DNA of 64,000 bases, from positions 25,596 to 89,595 of the forward strand of contig NMRA01000954.1 in assembly GCA_002633005.1 (NCBI GenBank), read 5' to 3'. This document shows, piece after piece, positions 57,825 to 64,000 of the stretch (position 1 is the first letter of the stretch; each line of letters opens with the position of its first letter). The stretch is from Phoronis australis. Its lineage: Eukaryota; Animalia; Phoronida. Under the pieces are notes generated by a model that saw only the letters and a program-made list of their open reading frames with translations, did not search any database and had not been told where the DNA came from. The position numbers and the translations under genes are program-made.

Positions 57825-58045
57825 TTTGTGCGCTGTACCTGTTTGAGCTTTAGTCAGTATATCGCGCGGTTCCCTTGATTTTGTTTACTTCGATCACAGT
57901 CCGTTTTAATAAATTGCAGCTATTCTTTAAGTCACAGGTGGTAGCCATACTTGGAAACAGTGAAAAGGGTTTCCCAGATTGAATGTTACGACGTTGGTTT
58001 CATTACTTTAACCAATGAAAAGCCATGTTAAACAACATTCGACAG

Positions 58046-58100
58046 TGAGGCTCAGTGGTTTCAGTTCCGGACTCCTGGGTTCAAATCATGACTGGCTGAC
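58046..58100 (+). repeat. Degenerate tRNA-derived SINE head
   Basis: GGCTCAGTGG A-box-like and GGTTCAAATC B-box-like. Confidence 0.35.
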
Positions 58101-58357
58101 AATCGAGCATTACTCCTCTTACTAGAAAATGTATGCAAGGGTGGACCTGGACATGATGCGAAAGCGATTACTGGGGCTGTTCTCATATTTGACTTGCCAA
58201 AACCGCTCTGAGGTGGTGGCGTGTTACAACTGTTATTAAAATGGTCTCTTTACACCGACGTTTATTCTCCGGCTATCGTCAGGTGTTCCTGCGTTCTTAG
58301 AAGAACGAGCACGGATAAGTGGTACAATCACCATGGTGTGATTTTTTGATTACATAT

Positions 58358-58440
58358 TGTCCGAGGAAGGATTTGAACCCACGACTTCTGAAACTACAGA
58401 TATTTTGAGTCCAGCACCTTAACCACTACACCACGGAGTC
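58358..58440 (-). pseudogene. tRNA-Leu(CAA)-like sequence within Penelope 3' region
   Basis: GACTCCGTGGTGTAGTGGTTAAGGTGCTGGACTCAAAA...GTCGTGGGTTCAAATCC; A/B boxes, CTCAA loop, long variable region; acceptor stem poorly paired. Confidence 0.6.
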
Positions 58441-59334
58441 ACCCGTTCACTTAGAGGGAATTTAATTATACTTAATCCTTCCTAAGTAAACTGAGCCAGG
58501 TGTCACTTGGCTGCTTGCTTGGCTGACTGAAGACACTGCCTTTTAACTTCATGTTCATGGCTTCCTTGATCTTTCTCTTGGTCTAACCTGTTTCACTGTC
58601 TAGTATTTGGGTGTTGTTCCACTGGATGTTGTGTTGTTTCGTCCACATGTGTTCTGCTACGCCTGATGAGGTATTACCCTCTATGTAACACCTTTTATGT
58701 TCAGAAATTCTCATGTCTAGTGGTCTTAAAGTTTCACCGATATTTGATTCACCACAATCACATGGGATTTCATAGATGACATTTTTCTTATTTCCCATGT
58801 CAGTTCTAGGTCTGTCGCCGACCCAGTGTGTCTGAGCTGCGGTATACTGTTCTTATTTTAAATTCTTTACATATGCGTCCTAGGGTCTAGGTTATTCCGG
58901 GCATATATGGCAAGGTCGTAGTCTGTAGTGGGCGTTCTTCTGCCCATTTTTTTTCTGTGCGATGTTAAAGCCGACTTGATGAAATCCCTTGGGTAGCCAT
59001 TTCTTTCGAATGTCTCCGTTAGGTTGGTCATTTCTGGTTGGAGTGCTGTAGCACTGCAGATTTCTTTTAATCTTGATGCAACGCATTTGATTATACCCTT
59101 CTTGACTCCTTTGGTGTGGTTGGAGTTGAAGACGAGGTATCGGTATTGTTAACTGTCCTTCAACACGATCGTCACTAGTACGTCTAGGAATGGTAGACTG
59201 TTGGTTGTATCTTCTTCCATAGGCGGCATACTGTTCAGATGGTCAAGGAACTCTGATGGATTTTCTAAGTCTTTGATGAATATTGTGAACTTGTCATACG
59301 TGTAAAGTGTGCTCGTTCTTGTAAGAACGCAGAA

Positions 59335-59377
59335 ACACCTGACGATGGCCGGAGAATAGACCGACCGAAACGTCGTG
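59335..59377 (+). ncRNA. Minimal type I hammerhead ribozyme (Penelope pLTR)
   Basis: cac-CTGACGA-t-GGCCGG agaataga CCGACC-GAAAC-GTC-gtg: conserved core, stem II with one mismatch, short stem I, GUC cleavage triplet. Confidence 0.75.
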
Positions 59378-60121
59378 ATAATGTAGACAGACAAGAGGTC
59401 GATGTAAACAGACCAAGAGATTTTAGTAATAGGGCCACCTATACTGAAAAATACCTTTCGTCGTAGCACAGTGAATGAGTGCAGTGACACTTCAGATGCA
59501 GCAAGTGTGCACGATTTCTCTGTCTATTGAAAATATACAGAGTTGACGGTCCGTGTACTAAACTTGTATAGATTACCTTATTTTTAAACATTCTTGTTTG
59601 TAAAAGTAGTTAATTTTCCGACGTGTTTGTTATGAGGTTATTGTTTACAATCCGACTCCATGAACGTACATACTTGATACCGTTATGAGTCTTTCTAATC
59701 AAAGCATTTTTCTCATTTATTTTTCACTCAACCAAAATTATAATGTGTTGGCACGAAATGTGACACCCATTATTGCAGATGTGGAAAACTATCATCATGA
59801 GCAACCCGACGAGAGACTAGATCATGGCCCATGATCTAGTGACATGGGATCAGAACAAAACTCATATTTCTAACATTTAACCGAATGATGCAATTTACAT
59901 CGTCTCATTGATGGCTTAACTTTCTAAAATGGTTAAAAAGTACACATTTAACCACCTTTTACGATAAATTGACAAAACTCACGTTGACGAAGCCAACTCT
60001 CTCTCCACGTTGTCCGGTGATTGCCAAGGCTGAGCGCGCAAATGTAGGTCAACATTATAACTTACATTTTAGGTAGTACATGTACAGTACGAGGCACAAA
60101 ACTCTCAGCTTATGATAACTG

Positions 60122-60766
60122 TGTAACAGGAGTGCCCCGGACATGATTATGTAAGTAAGACATATGCGCCCTCTAGTGGTCAAGCTGTGTATTACGTATG
60201 GAATTTTCCTATGATGTTGAGTCCTTTGGACATGGCCAAATATGGTCAGAAGCTAGGAGCTATGGGCCTTGCCCTTCAGATCGTGTCTGATTGGTTGAAA
60301 TTGTGTACTTAAGCTTTGTCTCTGTCAGACACGAGGAGTCCAGTCGCAGAGTTCAAGAAGCAAACATTTACACCTTCACTCACACCAAATTGCAACTGTT
60401 TGTGCAGCTTTCGGGCTCCTCCCGAACTTGGTTGCCAACAGTTTAGCCCCATGCAATTCTCGGGCTCCTCCCGAGCTTGATTGCATCTCACCTTTCGGAT
60501 CTGAATAACCAAATTGCCCCGTTCTTGCACACACAACTATTAATCAGCGACTGGCTTGCCCGTGTATCAGAACTGTATAAATCACAACGCTGCGATACTA
60601 AATCATGGAACAACTGGATTGCTTGTAAGTGTGGAATATTGTAGTTATATATTCTTACAATAAACCTATGTATTATTCACCAACTTTTAGTTTTCAACAT
60701 CACCCTCAGTCCGCACCGGGCTCGTAAAATCGGGGCGCCTTGGTCGTAGATACCGCCCCCGTTACA
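60122..60766 (+). repeat. 5' LTR of Gypsy retrotransposon (645 bp)
   Basis: TGTAAC...GTTACA termini, AATAAA at ~60659, followed by PBS-like TGGTGCA at 60768. Confidence 0.8.
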
Positions 60767-61400
60767 CTGGTGCACATGGCCCGCGGATATGTGCGAGTGA
60801 TGTTGAAAAGCAGTAAAATAAAGTTTCTTACTGTCAATGCCTATTCCGTGCGTTAATGACATTCTTTTCGTTGCTCATGCCGTTGACGTCTTGTCACGCT
60901 CGCTGGGTGATGTTTGGAATTAATTAACTCACATAGCAAACGTCTGTCGAACGTTGCGTGTTCAAAGTTCGCAAAACGTAATATTTCAAACTCATAGTAG
61001 CGACATTGAACACATTTTTGTCAGTACTCCTGAGTTGATTTTCCGTTGAGGTTTCACTAAATACCCTTGTCGATTATCTATTCACAACTTGTCGTGTGTT
61101 GCTGTTAATTTCCATGGATAACATTGCTTTCGCGAAACTTGCAATATTCAGGTGGCGATAGCTTGAATGTGGGAAGTAACGCCCACTTGTTGCCCAATTA
61201 ATATTTTCTAGAAGTAGATTCTTGTCTGTTGACCCTCTGTTGTTCGGCTACTCCATTCGTCTTCGGTTACTGTTGTCTGGTGTACTCCACGTATTCAGGA
61301 CACGTTTTAGTGGTTTCAAGTACTGAGAGTATCATCTACTGACCTCAGGCTCAGTTCTATACGTTACATTTGCTGATTTCATCCAATTCCATAATCCAAA

Positions 61401-62426
61401 ATGGCCTGTTTCTTGTCAAATGTGTCGAATTGGTTTACTCCCTCGTTTATGGCGGCAGAAAATCACGTCGAACCGGATCCTCTGCCTGAAATTGTCCCAG
61501 TTGGTGATTATAGAGACCGTTCCTCTGAAATGCCATACGTCGACTGTCCAAGCAACAGCCCGCCTAGTGTATTATCATTTGACCATCAGTGACAGGCCAC
61601 TATAAATCAGACTGACTGGGGAGGATTGGATTCGATGGCACCCTGTATCAAGCAAAATTCAAAACAACAGCAGCAACAACACGCGCTTGCCCTACCGAAA
61701 CGCAAAGAACGAGTGCCACAACATTTTGACAGAAAATCATGTGAATGACCAGACTTTCTGCGCCAATTCGAGGAAATTTGTAGGTGGAATGGTTGGGACG
61801 AGCAGGAGTCAGCCATGCAGTCAGTCATGTGTCTGCGGGGGCCGGCCTTGCGTGCTGTAGGGGACCTCAACGATGAAGTGTCTGAGAATTTTGACGATTT
61901 AAAAGTGGCGCTTACGCAGCGGTTCTGTCCCGCAGAACGCGTCGCCGCGCACAGATGCGAGTTTCGAGGAAGGACGAGGGGGAAAACGGAAAACATCTTG
62001 GACTATGGTTTTAGTCTAAAACGGCTAGCGTCATTAGCATTCCCTGAGTTAGCCAGTGACGCCCGTGAAGTTTTGGTCGTAGACCAATTTATAGCTGGGC
62101 TCAACGACCAGGCGCTGCGGAGGCACGTACAATTTCAGAGGCCACTGTCCGTGGACATAGCGATTTCTCATGCACTCGAGTTCGAGGCATTTGAGGGGAC
62201 CTGGTGCAGCCGGAAAAACAAGACTTCGGATGTGGCTCCCTGCCCCGACACACGAGTCATGACCATGTGGGAGCGTCCAACCAACAGGCCGGACCATGCT
62301 GACATGGCTGAGATAAAGAGGGGATTAGTGGATGTTCAGCGCCATCTCAGCGATCGAAAGGCCCGGGAACCAATCCGCTGTTACAACTGTCGGCAGGAGG
62401 GACACATCGCCAGAAAATGTCCCTAG
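61401..62426 (+). pseudogene. Gypsy gag (disrupted 5' part; open 61815-62426)
   Basis: Capsid-like DQFIAGL..LRRHVQ and CCHC knuckle; stops/frameshift upstream of 61815. Confidence 0.85.
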
Positions 62427-62529
62427 GAAAGGAAGGGGAACACTTGTAAATCAGATACTAATGAGTCGTCAAACTAGGACCGGTCGGGTCCACGGCCAAG
62501 GCCTCGACAGAGTTTGCAGAATGTTCGTT

Positions 62530-64000
62530 TGTTTTTGTGGATTTGTTTGGAGAAAAGTTTCCTGCTTTAATAGACGGCGGTTTGCCTTGTTCTGTTATGT
62601 CTTGAGACGTTTTTGAGGTAAGTAGTTTAGAACCCACTCTCATTTCATTGTCAGGCGCAGGTGGGGCGCATATTAATGATTACGGTTGCGTGGTGGCTGA
62701 TTTTGACGTAGCAGGCTTGCGACTGAAGCAGCGATTTGTTGTCGCCGACGTCAATCCTCGGGTGATTCTTGGATTAGACTTTTTGAAAAATAATTTTTGT
62801 AATTTGAGTGCAGCTCCGGAGGGTGACGTTTTACACCTCTGTGGAAAGTCGATCAATCTTTTGTCAGAGAAGAGGGCACTTTGCAGTGTCATAGTTCCAA
62901 GATCCATTTCTGAGGGGACATTTGTCAGCGAAGTTACTGTCCATCTTCTGCCTCATTTGGAATCTGTAATTAAGGACGTAAGTGAGCAGTTGACTCCACA
63001 GCAGACTCTTTTGGTGCGGAAACTTGTGGCCAAGTTTTCAGATGTTTTCGCCGGTCCCAATGGCGAGCTTGGGAGAACTACGCTGGTCGAGCACACCATC
63101 AACACAGGCGATCATTTTCCAATTAAACAGGCTCCTCGACGGTTACCTATAGCTCAGCGGGAGATCGCCGATGCAGAGATCGACAAGATGCTGGTTGCTG
63201 GTGTTATCGAACCAAGTGATTCGCCATGGGCCTCGCCGATCGTGTTGGTGTGAAAGAGAGACTCCAGCTACCGATTCTGTGTAGACTACCGGAAGTTGAA
63301 CGCAGTGACCAGGAAAGATGCCTATCCTCTCCCAGGCATAGACACCTGCCTAGATTCCCTCGCGGGCATGTCATGGTTTACCACCCTTGACATGGCCAGT
63401 GGATATTGGCAGGTGCCAATGGCCAAGAAAGACAGGTCAAAGACTGCATTCGCCACTCATAGGGGTCTTTTTGAGTTCACGTCTATGCCTTTTGGTCTGG
63501 CAAATGCACCATCTAGTTTTGAGCGTTTGGTAAAGAAGGTTTTTGCGGGAATGCAATGGGACAAGTGTTTACTGTATATTGACGACATCCTGGTCTTTGC
63601 AAAGACTTTCGACGACGCCCTCTGCGATCTCCAAGCAGTTTTTCTACGGTTGCGGGAGGCTGGTCTGCGACTTAAACCGACCAAGTGCAGTCTGTTTCGG
63701 AGGGAGGTACCTTTCCTAGGCCACGTAGTGTCTGAGGCAGGAGTAAGTTGTGACCCTGAAAAGGTTGCTGCGGTTGCAGATTGGGAGACACCATCCTCAG
63801 TTTCGGAAGTACGCAGTTTCCTTGGATTGGCCTCATATTACCGAAGATTCATTCCGGACTTCTCCACTGTTGCTGCACCGTTGTCACGTTTGACCGGGAA
63901 GAACCAACGATTCGAGTGGGATGCCACGTGCCAATTGGCATTTGACCAGCTGAAGATACTGCTTACCAACCATCCAGTATTAGCGTATCCCCGGCGGCAG
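62530..64000 (+). pseudogene. Gypsy pol (protease-RT-RNaseH start), frameshifted protease and one in-frame TGA at 63251
   Basis: Frame of ORF 62648..63253 continues after the TGA as KRDSSYRFCVDYRKLN...YIDDILVF...to the window end. Confidence 0.9.

Larger units (their letters stand above)
58230..59450 (-). mobile_element. Penelope-like element (decayed RT C-terminus + GIY-YIG) with inverted pseudo-LTR segments
   Basis: FLDHLNS..LPFLDVLV; YLVFNSNH..NGYP; KNVIYEIPCDCGESNIGET..RISEH..SGVAEH; segment 58255-58312 is inverted-homologous to 59309-59375. Confidence 0.9.
60122..64000 (+). mobile_element. Ty3/Gypsy LTR retrotransposon, continues beyond window
   Basis: LTR, PBS, gag with CYNCRQEGHIARKC knuckle, protease remnant, RT (SPWASPIVLV, FCVDYRKLN, MPFGLANAP, YIDD). 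Confidence 0.95.

Noticed and set aside
58358-58440. Functional tRNA-Leu gene
   Set aside because: Acceptor and anticodon stems pair poorly; embedded in a Penelope element
53750-60100. Upstream exons encoding an N-terminal partner (e.g. CDP-alcohol phosphotransferase) for the cytidylyltransferase
   Set aside because: No DG(x2)AR(x8)G(x3)D(x3)D-type motif or credible coding exon found by eye; cannot exclude exons beyond the window

Overview
Animal (invertebrate-like, AT-rich, probably lophotrochozoan; taxon is an inference) genomic DNA with three spliced genes, which I rebuilt by hand from splice sites and reading frames. (1) The last three coding exons of an RBM33-like RRM gene (+, 21-1525). 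(2) A complete six-exon phospholipid scramblase (PLSCR family, +, 14673-36298, 245 aa) whose canonical Ca2+-binding acidic residues are replaced. (3) A three-exon HxGH cytidylyltransferase that resembles bacterial TagD more than PCYT1/PCYT2 (-, 53634-44948, ~163 aa). The rest is a dense, nested mobilome with many readable target-site duplications (TSDs). It includes three Helentron-like elements built from ~130-157 bp subunits that each carry a CTCF-like motif, six CA..TG elements of hAT5 type (five with perfect 5-bp TSDs), and a solo LTR inside an L1/Tx1 LINE inside a THAP transposon. It also holds ISL2EU-like, Kolobok and pogo-like elements, a CAC..GTG element with a 5-bp TSD and C2H2 fingers, a LINE with an internal inversion, a Penelope element with hammerhead ribozyme and tRNA-Leu-like module, and the 5' part of a Gypsy LTR retrotransposon at the right edge. 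All family calls come from motif recognition, not database searches.
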